DNA of 64,000 bases from Abditibacterium sp. (GTDB taxonomy: Bacteria > Armatimonadota > Abditibacteriia > Abditibacteriales > Abditibacteriaceae): assembly GCA_965199495.1 (NCBI GenBank), contig CBDASK010000003.1, positions 2,880,001 through 2,944,000 on the forward strand, read 5' to 3'. A program made the translations under genes and the position numbers. This document shows, one piece after another, positions 39,114 to 49,287 of the stretch; within the stretch, counting starts at the first letter, position 1; the number at the start of each line of letters is the position of its first letter. The notes below the pieces were generated by a model. That model was given only the letters and a program-made list of their open reading frames with translations, had not been told where the DNA came from and did not search any database.

Positions 39114-39212
39114 GGGACAGGAGACGAGGGAGACAGAAAACCCTACGATTTCAGTATTTCATTCTCGCCCACGCATTCTCTGTCTCCTGTTTCCCTCGTC
39201 TCCTGTATTCTG
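39114..39212. repeat. Heptamer-armed element, GGAGACG type, opposite orientation to the 35005 copy
   Basis: 39197-39212 cgtctcctgtattctg is the reverse complement of 35005-35020. Confidence 0.8.
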
Positions 39213-39216
39213 ACAA

Positions 39217-39717
39217 ATGATTCGCCCGGTAATTCTCGTCCCCGACGCGCGGCTTTCGACGCCGTGCGACAGCGTGACGCGCTTCGATAGCGCGTTGCGC
39301 GCGCTGGCGCGCGACTTGGAAGACACCATGCGCGATGGGCCGGGCAGCGTCGGCGTGGCTGCTTGCCAGATCGGCGCAATGACGCGCGTTTGTGTGGTAG
39401 ATACGTCGGGCCATCGCAAGTTCGGCGCGCAAAGTCAGGGTTTTTTCGTCTTGGTCAATCCCGTAATTATCCAGCGCCAAGGCGAACGCGTCGGGCGCGA
39501 AGGTTGTATGTCGCTCCCCGATTTTACCGCCAACGTGCGCCGCGCCGAAATGGTCGTGGTGACTTATCACGATTTAGACGGCAACGCGCGCGAGATTACC
39601 TGTTATGATTTCGAGGCCGTCGCCATGCAACACGAAATCGATCATCTTGATGGCATCCTATTTTTGGATCGAGTGACGAATCTGCAAACCGACGTTTTTC
39701 CGCGCAAAAGCAAGTGA
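39217..39717 (+). CDS. def: Peptide deformylase
   Basis: VGVAACQIG, EGCMS, QHEIDHLDG. Confidence 0.95.
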   Translation: MIRPVILVPDARLSTPCDSVTRFDSALRALARDLEDTMRDGPGSVGVAACQIGAMTRVCVVDTSGHRKFGAQSQGFFVLVNPVIIQRQGERVGREGCMSLPDFTANVRRAEMVVVTYHDLDGNAREITCYDFEAVAMQHEIDHLDGILFLDRVTNLQTDVFPRKSK

Positions 39718-39778
39718 CGACAAGAGAATCGTTAATTTTGCGTGACACCTTGTCAACTTTAGTGCGTCTCACTTTGCG

Positions 39779-41008
39779 ATGAAATCCACTCGCTTTTTGC
39801 TGGCGACACTCGCGCTTTCGGGCGCCCCGTTGTTGGCCCCCTCTTCCGTTCTGGCCGCGCCCGCCGCGCCCGTCGCCGCACCAGCCACGCCTGCCGCAAT
39901 GCCGATGGATGCGGGCGCCGTCGCGTTGCTCGATAAATCGGTCAAAGCCTACGCCGCGCTCGACAAATTGTCGCAAAAGTTTGTTATCACCGATAATATG
40001 GGCGGTGCCGCTCAACCCAAAAGTTCGGGCACTGGCCTGATACAAATTCAAAAGCCCGGCAACGCGCGCTTGGAAGTCAAAGTCGGAGACGACCAAATGG
40101 TTTTCGTGAGTGATGGCGCCACGATGATTACGCAGATGGCTCCGACTTCGTATCAAAAAGAGGAGATGACCGAAGATAATATCGTGAGCGTTATTAGCGG
40201 CATTCCCTCGGCGGCCAGTCTGCCTTTGGGCGCGATGTTGAGCGGCGAAAATCCGCTGAGTTCTCAAGGTGGCCCGCAGTGGGAAAATGTCAAGCAAGTT
40301 TCGCTCGAAGGTATGCCCGGCGTTTCGATGCAACTGCCGACGCAGACGGGCCGCAATCCCGTCGTTTTTCAAGTTTTTCTCGATCCGAAAACCAATTTGA
40401 TCGCGCGCGTCGAAGCATCTACGTCCATCGCCACGAAGCCGGGCGAAGCCGCCGTTCCGTATTCCAACGTCACCACGTTTACGACCGATAACAGCGCCAT
40501 CACGCCCGCGACGTTCCAATATACGCCGCCCGCCGGAGCCAAACTCCTCACCGAAGCCGACCTCCCCAAATCCTATGATCCAGCCTTGGTCGTGGGCGCC
40601 AAACCGTTCGCTTTAAACGGCAAAACGTTGGAAGGCAAACCGTTGTCGCTCGATAGTTACAAAGGCAAAGTCGTGTTGCTCGATTTCTGGGCGACGTGGT
40701 GCGGCCCCTGCGTCGGCGAACTGCCCAACGTGCAGACCAACTACAAAACCTATCATCCCCAAGGCTTCGACATCGTCGCGGTTTCTCTGGACGAAGACAA
40801 AGACGCGTTGACCAGTTTTATCAAAGCCAAAGCGATGCCGTGGCCGCAAATTTTTGATGGCAAAGGCTGGGAAGCGGGCGACGCCAAAGCCTACGGCGTG
40901 CAGGCGATTCCGTTCTCGCTGCTCATCGGCAAAGACGGCAAAATCGCGGCAGTCAACCCGCGCGGCCCGGCGCTCGAACCCGCCATCAAAGCCGCGTTAG
41001 CTAAATAA
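39779..41008 (+). CDS. Exported LolA-like (DUF2092-like) domain plus TlpA redoxin
   Basis: Signal peptide; IQKPGNARLE..VSDG; DFWATWCGPC. Confidence 0.85.
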   Translation: MKSTRFLLATLALSGAPLLAPSSVLAAPAAPVAAPATPAAMPMDAGAVALLDKSVKAYAALDKLSQKFVITDNMGGAAQPKSSGTGLIQIQKPGNARLEVKVGDDQMVFVSDGATMITQMAPTSYQKEEMTEDNIVSVISGIPSAASLPLGAMLSGENPLSSQGGPQWENVKQVSLEGMPGVSMQLPTQTGRNPVVFQVFLDPKTNLIARVEASTSIATKPGEAAVPYSNVTTFTTDNSAITPATFQYTPPAGAKLLTEADLPKSYDPALVVGAKPFALNGKTLEGKPLSLDSYKGKVVLLDFWATWCGPCVGELPNVQTNYKTYHPQGFDIVAVSLDEDKDALTSFIKAKAMPWPQIFDGKGWEAGDAKAYGVQAIPFSLLIGKDGKIAAVNPRGPALEPAIKAALAK

Positions 41009-41024
41009 ATTACGCCGACAAACC

Positions 41025-41068
41025 AACGCCCGCGCCCGATGATTTTCGGCGCGGGCGTTTTTATTTTT
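41025..41068 (+). terminator. Intrinsic terminator
   Basis: aacgcccgcgcc...ggcgcgggcgtt followed by a T-rich run. Confidence 0.75.
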
Positions 41069-41103
41069 AGCGGTCTGAGTTAAAATTAAAACGAGTTCTC
41101 ATC

Positions 41104-41646
41104 ATGAAAATTTCCCTCTTCAAGCCCGTCGCTCTGACTTTGCTGTTGTGCGCCGGCACTTCCGTGTGCGCGCCCGTTCTTGCCCCTCCGGCCCACGCCG
41201 CCGATGCCGCCGATATTTACTGGGACGCGAGCTTGGTCGCTGGCGTCAAGCCGCCCGCCTTGAGCGAGCAGACGCTCGAAGGCAAAGCGCTTTCGTTGGA
41301 TGATTACAAAGGCAAAGTCGTGTTGCTCGATTTCTGGGCGACATGGTGTCCGCCGTGTCGCGCCGCGATTCCCAACGTAAAAGCTAATTACGCCAAGTAT
41401 CACGGCCAAGGTTTTGAAGTCGTCGGCGTGTCGCTCGACCGGGGCGATGCCGAACTGCGCAAATATATCGCGGATAACCAAATGCCGTGGCCGCAGTTGT
41501 TCGACGCCAAACATCCCGACGCCAAAACCTATGGCGTGCAGGCGATTCCGTTCTCGTTGCTCATCGGCAAAGATGGCACAATCGCGGCGGTCAACCCCGA
41601 AGGCGCAGAATTGGAACCCGCCATCAAAGCCGCGCTGGCTAAGTAG
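41104..41646 (+). CDS. Exported TlpA-family disulfide reductase
   Basis: Signal peptide; DFWATWCPPC; YGVQAIP. Confidence 0.9.
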   Translation: MKISLFKPVALTLLLCAGTSVCAPVLAPPAHAADAADIYWDASLVAGVKPPALSEQTLEGKALSLDDYKGKVVLLDFWATWCPPCRAAIPNVKANYAKYHGQGFEVVGVSLDRGDAELRKYIADNQMPWPQLFDAKHPDAKTYGVQAIPFSLLIGKDGTIAAVNPEGAELEPAIKAALAK

Positions 41647-41693
41647 TTTTGTTGGCTAATCGCCAAGGCGTCCTCACTCACTTTTAATTTTTA

Positions 41694-42950
41694 ATGAAAA
41701 CTACTCGCTCTCTGCTGGCCGCTCTGGCGGTCGCTCCCTTTCTCTGCGCGCCGCTTTGGGCGGCGCCCATCCCCACTACACCAATAGCAGCCACGGCGTC
41801 TGCCACCGAAGTTGAGGCGCCCAAATCAGCCGACGAACTGGCGGCACTCGCGATTTTCGACGAATCCATCAAAGCCTACGCGGCGTTGCCGAATTTATCG
41901 CAGAGCTTTACGTTTTCCACTTCGAGTAGTCGCACGCCCGACGCGCCTCAAAGTGGCAACGGCACTTTCGCTTTTATGCGACCCGACAAAGCGCGCGTCG
42001 CTTACAAATGGGGCGACCGCGACCGGCTCACCATCAGCGATGGAACGACGCTGATTAATCAGCGCGCGGCGGATAAGTTTGAAAGCGACGAAGCGGGCGC
42101 CAAAATCATTCCGCGCGTGGCTCTGATGTTGCCCGCCAGCACAGGGCTGCCGCTCCTTTTTCTTCTGGACGGTGTTAATCCGCTCCAAGGCGCTGGTCTC
42201 ACTTTCCAAAATCTCGTGCCCGTGGACGAAAAAGGGCGACAGACGATCACACTCGTTTCGCTTGCTGACAGCGCCAAAGTTCCGCAGACTACGATTCGTG
42301 TTACTCTCGATACTCGGACGCACTTAATCGCGCGAACCGAATACGAACTCAACATGGCTGCTCAACCCGGTGTTGATGGAAAGCCCGACGTAAAAGCGCT
42401 CAAAATCGTCAACACCATCCAATTTGCGCCCGCGCCTGCCGTTCAAGCGAGCGATTTTACTTTCGTCACGCCCGCTGGGGCGACGCTGACTAAAGTCGCC
42501 GACCAGTCCAAACCTTACGATGCGCGCTTGGTTGTTGGGGCCCAACCGTTCGCGTTGAGTGACAAAACGCTCGATGGTAAAGCGATTTCGCTGGACGATT
42601 ACAAAAGTAAAGTCGTGCTGCTCGACTTCTGGGCGACGTGGTGTGGCCCGTGCGTGGGTGAACTGCCCAACGTCAAAGCCAACTACGACAAATATCACGC
42701 GCAAGGTTTTGACATCGTCGGCATTTCGCTCGATGAGGATGAAGACGCATTGCGCAACTTTATCAAAGCCAAAGCGATGCCGTGGCCGCAAATTTTCGAT
42801 GGCAAAGGCTGGGAGGCGGGCGACGCCAAAACTTATGGCGTGCAAGCGATTCCATTTTCACTGCTCATCGGCAAAGACGGCACAATCGCGGCGGTCAACC
42901 CGCGCGGCGAAGAACTCGAACCGGCGCTTCAAGCGGCGCTGGCCAAATAA
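41694..42950 (+). CDS. Exported LolA-like domain plus TlpA redoxin
   Basis: FMRPDKARV..ISDG; DFWATWCGPC; C-terminal domain nearly identical to that of the 39779 gene. Confidence 0.85.
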   Translation: MKTTRSLLAALAVAPFLCAPLWAAPIPTTPIAATASATEVEAPKSADELAALAIFDESIKAYAALPNLSQSFTFSTSSSRTPDAPQSGNGTFAFMRPDKARVAYKWGDRDRLTISDGTTLINQRAADKFESDEAGAKIIPRVALMLPASTGLPLLFLLDGVNPLQGAGLTFQNLVPVDEKGRQTITLVSLADSAKVPQTTIRVTLDTRTHLIARTEYELNMAAQPGVDGKPDVKALKIVNTIQFAPAPAVQASDFTFVTPAGATLTKVADQSKPYDARLVVGAQPFALSDKTLDGKAISLDDYKSKVVLLDFWATWCGPCVGELPNVKANYDKYHAQGFDIVGISLDEDEDALRNFIKAKAMPWPQIFDGKGWEAGDAKTYGVQAIPFSLLIGKDGTIAAVNPRGEELEPALQAALAK

Positions 42951-42955
42951 TTAAA

Positions 42956-43999
42956 TTGTTGAAAAACCGCGCCGTCAAACCGCGCCGCTTCTGGCGCAAT
43001 CGCCGGTTGTGGGCGGGTTTGGCGGCGCTGTTTTTGTGCGCGATATTCGCGCACTGGCGCTGGCAACCCGGTTTGACAATTCGCGATGGCCGCGACGATT
43101 TGAATCGCAACGCGCTGTGGCTTGGTCACGGCTGGCTGGGCGCCGATAGTTGGTTTGCGGGCGATAAAACCGCCGAAAAAGCGCGTTTTCGCGATGCGAA
43201 AAACATCGGTAAATTGGCGCAACTCTGCCGCGAAAACGGCGTGCGCGATTTGTATCCGCACCTCACGCCAACACAAGCCACCGGCGCCGTGGCTGCCCAC
43301 GACGACGATCAAATCGAACGGTTTTTGGATAATACCAATGGTTTGCGCGTGTTGCCGTGGATCGGCGGGCGCATGAATACGCATATTGAACCGCAGAACG
43401 CGGCGAAAACCGCGCGTTTCGTCGCGTCGGTCGGCGAATTGATGCGTAAACATCCGCGATTGGCGGGCGTGCATCTCAACGTCGAGCCGTGGAAATCGGA
43501 CGACGCGGCGATGCTCCAATTGCTCGACGATTTGAAAACCGCGATTGGGCCGGACAAAATTTTGTCGGTTTCGACTTATCCGCCGCGCGTTGGGCTTCAA
43601 CCGTTTAAATTGACGTGGAGCCGCGATTATTATCGTGATGTGACAGCGCGCTGTGACCAAATCGCACCGATGTTTTATGATACTTCGATTCACGACGCCA
43701 AACTCTATCAGTGGACTTACGCGCGCTGGACGAAAACGCTGCTCGATTGGACGCGCGATGGCGATGTCCAAATCGTGTTTGGTGTGCCGACTTATGGCGC
43801 CGCCGGGCCGACGCTTGGGCCAATTTATCACGATCCGCGCGTCGAAACTTTGCCCAACGCTCTCGCCGGATTGCATCGCGGTTTGAGTGCATATGAAAGA
43901 TTGCCGCGCAATTATCAGGGCGCGGCGATTTATTGCGAATGGGAAACTGATGCGGCGGAATGGAAATTATGGCGTCGAGATTTCCTCGATTCTCCATGA
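42956..43999 (+). CDS. Membrane-anchored GH18-like TIM-barrel hydrolase (start approximate)
   Basis: N-terminal TM; LAGVHLNVEP, DQIAPMFYD, VFGVPTY. Confidence 0.65.
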   Translation: MLKNRAVKPRRFWRNRRLWAGLAALFLCAIFAHWRWQPGLTIRDGRDDLNRNALWLGHGWLGADSWFAGDKTAEKARFRDAKNIGKLAQLCRENGVRDLYPHLTPTQATGAVAAHDDDQIERFLDNTNGLRVLPWIGGRMNTHIEPQNAAKTARFVASVGELMRKHPRLAGVHLNVEPWKSDDAAMLQLLDDLKTAIGPDKILSVSTYPPRVGLQPFKLTWSRDYYRDVTARCDQIAPMFYDTSIHDAKLYQWTYARWTKTLLDWTRDGDVQIVFGVPTYGAAGPTLGPIYHDPRVETLPNALAGLHRGLSAYERLPRNYQGAAIYCEWETDAAEWKLWRRDFLDSP

Positions 44000-44760
44000 A
44001 AATTTTATTGACCAACGACGATGGCATCGGCGCGCCCGGCGTTCATGCGGCGTGGAATGCTTTGAACGCGGCGGGCCACGAAGTCACCGTTTGCGTGCCC
44101 GACCGACCGCGTAGCGCAATTGGCCACGCCATCACGATGCACAAACCGCTCCGCGTCAAAACCGTCGAAACGCGCGACGGTTTGGCGCATACCACCAACG
44201 GCACGCCCGCCGATTGCGTGACGATGGCGCTGTTGCATCTGTGCCCCCGCCCGCCCGAATTGTGTATTTCGGGCATCAATCTGGGGCCGAACTTGGGCGA
44301 CGACGTGCATTATTCGGGCACTGTCGGCGGCGCGATGGAAGCGATGCTCAATGGCGTGGTTGCGATGGCAATTTCCCTCGTCACGCACACCGATCCGAAC
44401 TGGGCCGCAGCCGCCCGGTTTTGCGCCGATTTCGCGCCGATTATCCCGACGTTGGAACTGCCACGCGATACGTTTTTGAACGTCAATGTGCCGAATCTGG
44501 CGCCCTCTAAAATCGCGGGTGCGCGCGTGACGAGCCAAGGTTCGCGCCGCTACAAAGGCGATCTGGTGCGCCACGAAGCGCCCAATATCGGCGAGTATTT
44601 CTGGCGCGGCGGCGAAGTCATTGACCGCGCCGAAAGCGACGACGCCGATGTCGCGGTCATCAAGCGTAATTATATTTCGGTCACGCCAATTCATGTGGAT
44701 TTGACCAATCGCGTCGCGATGCCGATTGTCGCGGCAGCTCTGGAACAGATGAACAGTTAA
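43996..44760 (+). CDS. surE: 5'/3'-nucleotidase SurE
   Basis: MKILLTNDDG, GTPADCV, SGINLGPNLG..YSGTV, NVNVP. Confidence 0.96.
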   Translation: MKILLTNDDGIGAPGVHAAWNALNAAGHEVTVCVPDRPRSAIGHAITMHKPLRVKTVETRDGLAHTTNGTPADCVTMALLHLCPRPPELCISGINLGPNLGDDVHYSGTVGGAMEAMLNGVVAMAISLVTHTDPNWAAAARFCADFAPIIPTLELPRDTFLNVNVPNLAPSKIAGARVTSQGSRRYKGDLVRHEAPNIGEYFWRGGEVIDRAESDDADVAVIKRNYISVTPIHVDLTNRVAMPIVAAALEQMNS

Positions 44761-44793
44761 ATTCGATTTTATACTTATTGAGAATTGTGAAAC

Positions 44794-44866
44794 TGCGGGG
44801 CTTGCGCCCTCTTCCAAACGGGAAATCTTCTTCGCAACCCGTTTGGAAGAGGGCGCAAGCCCCGCA
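44794..44866. repeat. REP-like hairpin, family C variant
   Basis: tgcggggcttgcgccctcttccaaacggg...cccgtttggaagagggcgcaagccccgca between convergent genes. Confidence 0.85.
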
Positions 44867-44891
44867 AATTAACGTCAACATTCGCAATTTC

Positions 44892-46049
44892 TCACGACTC
44901 CCGATAAACCCGCGCCTCGCGTCCGCCTTGCTCGCGATAACGCGCGCAAAGTTCTTCGATTGTGCCCTCCAAATCGGCGTTGATGCGCCTGTCGCACAGC
45001 AGCGCGATGCAGCCACCGGCACCGCGTCCGGTGATTTTCGCACCATAAATTCCGCGTTTTGGCCCGATGGCGCGCGCCAGTTCGACCAAGGAATCGGTCG
45101 CCGAGCTGTTCAAATTGCAGCGATGATCGTAAGAAAAATGGCTTTGAACCATGAGTTCGCCCGCCGCGCGGCCCAGTTCGGCGCGCGCGGCGGGATTGTC
45201 GCCCATCGCGCGCAGCAAATGCGCGAAACGGGCGGCGCGGTCGGCTTCGTAAATCGGATGTTCGGTCGCCAATCGCACGTTGTAAATGCGGTCGGTTTCC
45301 AAATTGAGCAGCGTTTCGTGATGCTCCAAAAACTGCGTGCCGCTCATCTTTTCGGGGATTTTGAGGCGCAGCGCGCGCCAAACATCGGTGCCGATATTAG
45401 CCAGATACAGTTCTCCATCCGGCCCGCGCATCGCGGCGGGCACGATTTCGCTGAGCAACGCCGCGCCCATCTTGGTGGCGCAAAACGCGATGTCGTAAGC
45501 GCTTTGTCCCGCGCTTTGCGGGACGCCCGAATCCACGGCCCACAATTCCAAGCCGTCTGGCAACGCGATAGAATCCTCGACCAATGCGGGCTGATATTTG
45601 ACGAGAGACAGATAATTTGCGCGCGCTAAACTTGTGGCCAACGCCGCCGTGGCTGTAGGCGTCGTCGAACCCAAACCGAGCGCGCGATGAATCGCCGATA
45701 AAACCGCGACTTCGAGCGCGCTTTCCTCGCTTAATCCTGCGTCGCGCGGAATATCGGAAACGATCTCGATTTCCAATCCCGGCAAGATTAAATCGTTGGG
45801 TAATTTATCAATTGTATTCGCCACAATTTGCGCCCAATATGGAACATTTACGCGCGAGATTTCGAGTGGCGCGCTTCCGTTGAAACGCGTGAAAACGCCG
45901 GGCGAATTGCGCGGCACAATACGGCAAGTTGTGGCGATTGCGAGCGGGTAATTCAGGCACAATCCGCCCGAATAGTCGCTGATGCCGCCCATGACATCGA
46001 GCATCGCGGGCGCGCTGGCGAAGGCCGAAATTGGGAAATTCGCGGACAT
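44892..46049 (-). CDS. GHMP kinase (galactokinase/arabinokinase-like), divergent
   Basis: APAMLDVMGGISDYSGG, SDIPRDAGLS, GAKITGRGAGG. Confidence 0.75.
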   Translation of the reverse strand: MSANFPISAFASAPAMLDVMGGISDYSGGLCLNYPLAIATTCRIVPRNSPGVFTRFNGSAPLEISRVNVPYWAQIVANTIDKLPNDLILPGLEIEIVSDIPRDAGLSEESALEVAVLSAIHRALGLGSTTPTATAALATSLARANYLSLVKYQPALVEDSIALPDGLELWAVDSGVPQSAGQSAYDIAFCATKMGAALLSEIVPAAMRGPDGELYLANIGTDVWRALRLKIPEKMSGTQFLEHHETLLNLETDRIYNVRLATEHPIYEADRAARFAHLLRAMGDNPAARAELGRAAGELMVQSHFSYDHRCNLNSSATDSLVELARAIGPKRGIYGAKITGRGAGGCIALLCDRRINADLEGTIEELCARYREQGGREARVYRES

Positions 46050-46125
46050 AATTTAGGTTGTAGTTTGACCCAAATTAGGCCGCGTAAATCGGAGCTTTTT
46101 CGCGTTGCCAAACGTCTGTTTTCGC

Positions 46126-49068
46126 ATGAATTGGAACGGCGAAAACACGCCTGAATCTGCACTGTTGGAGGCCGCATCCGCCGCGAAACTACGCGATTTA
46201 AACGCGCCGCTCGACTGGCCCGCAATCGAGCGACGCGCGCGCATTTTGGCGTCGAATTCGTATGCTCGTTCCGTCGAATTGGCGGCGGCAGCGCGTGCAT
46301 TAGATGCGGTCGCGCAGGGCGCGCCCGGCGGCGGCTCCATCGCGCGCGAGCGCGGCGTGTGGGCGGCGGCGGCTTTCGCGGCGGACGGCAATTTTCCCTC
46401 GGCTCACGTCGTGACTTTGCGCACCTTCCCGCGCGCCCGCGCCGCCGATGCAGCCACGGCGACGCTGCTCTGCGTTTTGGCGCCTTCGCTGCGCTTCGGT
46501 TTGCGCGCCCAAACGCCGCTGGCGGGCGCGCTTGACGCGTTGTTCGCGGGCGAAAATTGCGATGCTTTGGCGGTTTGGGACGCCATCGAAAACACGGTTT
46601 TCGCGCCCGAACTATGGCAACTGGCGCGGCGTGGCTTGTGTGCAATGAGCGAAGCGGCGACGATCAAAACACTGCGCGGCGCGGTTTTGCCGGACGGATT
46701 TACGTCGAATTTGAGCGCGCAGATTCCCACGCTGTTGCCGCCGCAATTACAAGCCGTTCGGGGCGGATTGTTGGACGGTGAAAACGCTCTCGTCGCCTTG
46801 CCTCCGGGGACGGGCAAAACTTTGCTGGGTGAACTGTTTCTGGCGAGCGCGCTGGGAAATGGAGCGGGATTGGCGGTTTTTTTAGTGCCCTATGTTTCGC
46901 TGGGGCGCGGCGTCATTGAGGCGTTGCGCGCGCATTTGCCCGCCGCAATTCCGGTTCATCGCTGGCTGGGCGGGCAGGGCGATGGCGGCGAGAAATGTCG
47001 CGCGGACGAGCGGCCCGAATTTGCGGTCGCCACGCCCGAACGTTTCGACGCGATGCTGCGCGCGCGGCCCGAATTGTGGGCGCAGTTGCGCGGCGTTGTC
47101 GTGGACGAAGCGCACACGCTGGGCGAAGGCGCGCGTGGCGCGCGCGTGGAAGGTCTGATCGCGCGGTTGCGCGCGCAGCAAAATCGCGGGGCGCAAACGC
47201 GTTTGCTCTTGCTTTCGGCGGCGTTGGACGAGCGCGAAAAGTTGGAGCAATGGGCGGGCGTCACGCGCGTTTTTGCGTCGAATTGGACACCGACGGCGCG
47301 GCGTCTGGCGTTCTGGCGGCAAGACGGAAAAATGGAATGGCACGCCGAATTGGCCGATGGACAAACGTGCGCGCTGGGCGAGTTGGAGCAGCGTTGGCCG
47401 CACCATATCAACAATGGTAGCGACAATTGGGCGCGCGTGCGGCGCTTCGAACCTTTGGCGTGGGAGAATGTGGCCGCCTTGGCGAAGCAACTCAACGAAG
47501 AGCGCGGCGGCGCGATTTTGTGTTTGTGTTCGACGCGGCGCGCCACGCGCGAAATCGCGGGCGCGCTGGGACGATTGTTTCCCGAAACGCTCGAAATTGG
47601 CGGCGCCCTCGCGCGTTGCATCGAAAGCATCGAAGCGCGCCATCGCACGCTGTTGCCGCTTGCGAAATTGTTGCGCAAACGCGTGGCGTGGCACAACAGT
47701 TCGCTGCCCGCCGAAGTGCGCAATGCTCTGGAAGAAGCGATTGCCGATGGACAGATCGCTGCCGTGGCTGCGACTTCGACGCTGGCCGAAGGCGTGGATT
47801 TGCCGTTCGCCCAGACCATCGTCGCCGATTGGCTCAAATGGAGCGACAACGGCCAAATCCCGCTTTCGAGCGCGCTTTTTCGCAACATCGCCGGACGTTG
47901 CGGACGCGCCGGACGCTTCACCGAGGGCGACACTCTGGTTTTCGATAATCCGCTTGGCCCGGCGCGATTCACCGCGCCGACTGTGCGCCGCGATGTTCAA
48001 AATCGCGCGTTCGTCGGCGCGGTTTTGGACGAGCCGCGCAGCGCGTTTGCGACCGGCGAAACCGAGGGCACCGCGCGCACGCAAACGCGGGCCGCGCTCG
48101 AATCGCAGTTGCTCGCGCTGTGGAGCGGACATCCGCAACTCGATGATGAAGCCACAGCGCGCCTGTTTTACGCGGCGCGTTTCGATGACGATTTCGCGAA
48201 TCGCATCGCGCAAATTCGCGCGAATTTCGAGCGCGACGATCTGATTCAAGACGGCGTTTTGAGCGCGCGCGGCGCGGCCATCGCGCGCACCGATTGGTCG
48301 CCCGCCAGCGCGCTACGTTTGCTGGGCGCGCTCGAAGCCTTACCGTCGCAAAACTTCGACGGCGCACGCGGCGCGGCGCGTTTGAACGCGTATTTGTGGC
48401 GCGCGTTGGGCGCATTGCCCGAAGCGGGCGGCGAAATCGAGCGGTTTTTTCGCTCGCGCTCGCGCTTGTTTGTGCGGCCCGAATTATTGGAAGAAACCGG
48501 GCGCGCGTGGCTAAGTGGAACGGCGCCCGAAGCGATTTTTGCGAGTTTGCCGCGCGCGCAAAGTTTGGCGGGCATCGGCGCGTGGCTCGAACGCGACGAA
48601 GCGCCCGCCAATGCCGAAACCGTCGCGCCCGATTGGAGCGGCGAGTTTGATCGTTATTTGGACTTCCAACGCGCCGGAATGGAAACATGGACGCCCTATT
48701 TATGGCGCGCGGCCCATGCCCTCGCGCCGCTCGCCGGGCCAAACGCGTCGCGTGTGAAATGGAGTGTTTGGGCGCGCCGATGGGAACTGGGCGTGGACAG
48801 CGCGTGGGCCGCGCGCGCTTTAGCGTTGGGCGCGCCCGGCACGCGCACGACGTGCGCTTTGGTCGGTCGTCATTGGCCTTTTCAGTCGGCACAACCCGCG
48901 CACGACGCATTGGCTCTGTCGCCGCTCCGCGACGAAAGCGGACGCGAAAAAGCGCGCTTGGCGTTGGACGACGCTCTGCGCGAAGCGGGCGGCGCCTATT
49001 GTTTCGCCGGACGCAACGTGCTGGCGCTACGCGATTGGGTGTGGGCGCGCGCGGGTTTGACGAAGTAA
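46126..49068 (+). CDS. Ski2/Hel308-like DEAH-box helicase
   Basis: PPGTGKT, ATPERFD, DEAH, LSA, ATSTLAEGVDLP, NIAGRCGRAG. Confidence 0.88.
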   Translation: MNWNGENTPESALLEAASAAKLRDLNAPLDWPAIERRARILASNSYARSVELAAAARALDAVAQGAPGGGSIARERGVWAAAAFAADGNFPSAHVVTLRTFPRARAADAATATLLCVLAPSLRFGLRAQTPLAGALDALFAGENCDALAVWDAIENTVFAPELWQLARRGLCAMSEAATIKTLRGAVLPDGFTSNLSAQIPTLLPPQLQAVRGGLLDGENALVALPPGTGKTLLGELFLASALGNGAGLAVFLVPYVSLGRGVIEALRAHLPAAIPVHRWLGGQGDGGEKCRADERPEFAVATPERFDAMLRARPELWAQLRGVVVDEAHTLGEGARGARVEGLIARLRAQQNRGAQTRLLLLSAALDEREKLEQWAGVTRVFASNWTPTARRLAFWRQDGKMEWHAELADGQTCALGELEQRWPHHINNGSDNWARVRRFEPLAWENVAALAKQLNEERGGAILCLCSTRRATREIAGALGRLFPETLEIGGALARCIESIEARHRTLLPLAKLLRKRVAWHNSSLPAEVRNALEEAIADGQIAAVAATSTLAEGVDLPFAQTIVADWLKWSDNGQIPLSSALFRNIAGRCGRAGRFTEGDTLVFDNPLGPARFTAPTVRRDVQNRAFVGAVLDEPRSAFATGETEGTARTQTRAALESQLLALWSGHPQLDDEATARLFYAARFDDDFANRIAQIRANFERDDLIQDGVLSARGAAIARTDWSPASALRLLGALEALPSQNFDGARGAARLNAYLWRALGALPEAGGEIERFFRSRSRLFVRPELLEETGRAWLSGTAPEAIFASLPRAQSLAGIGAWLERDEAPANAETVAPDWSGEFDRYLDFQRAGMETWTPYLWRAAHALAPLAGPNASRVKWSVWARRWELGVDSAWAARALALGAPGTRTTCALVGRHWPFQSAQPAHDALALSPLRDESGREKARLALDDALREAGGAYCFAGRNVLALRDWVWARAGLTK

Positions 49069-49133
49069 ATGGGTTTGCGTCTTTTACAATAAGCGCCTGA
49101 CAAAAATGGGTTTAACTCTTAGCGAATTAGCCA

Positions 49134-49224
49134 ATTAACTGTGGCGGGGCTTGCGCCGCCTTCCAATCGGGAATTGAAGAGAAATCCATGATTGGAAGGA
49201 GGCGCAAGCCCCGCCACAGTTAAT
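49134..49224. repeat. REP-like hairpin, family C variant (35-bp arms)
   Basis: attaactgtggcggggcttgcgccgccttccaatc...gattggaaggaggcgcaagccccgccacagttaat. Confidence 0.85.
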
Positions 49225-49287
49225 CAGCCCTCACGAGAATGGTTTGACCTCAATATCTGCGGCCACTCAAGAAGTTACCGCGAAACC

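Noticed and set aside
40660..42950. TlpA repeats as a DGR template/variable pair
   Set aside because: Both copies are coding, differences are not adenine-specific, and there is no RT
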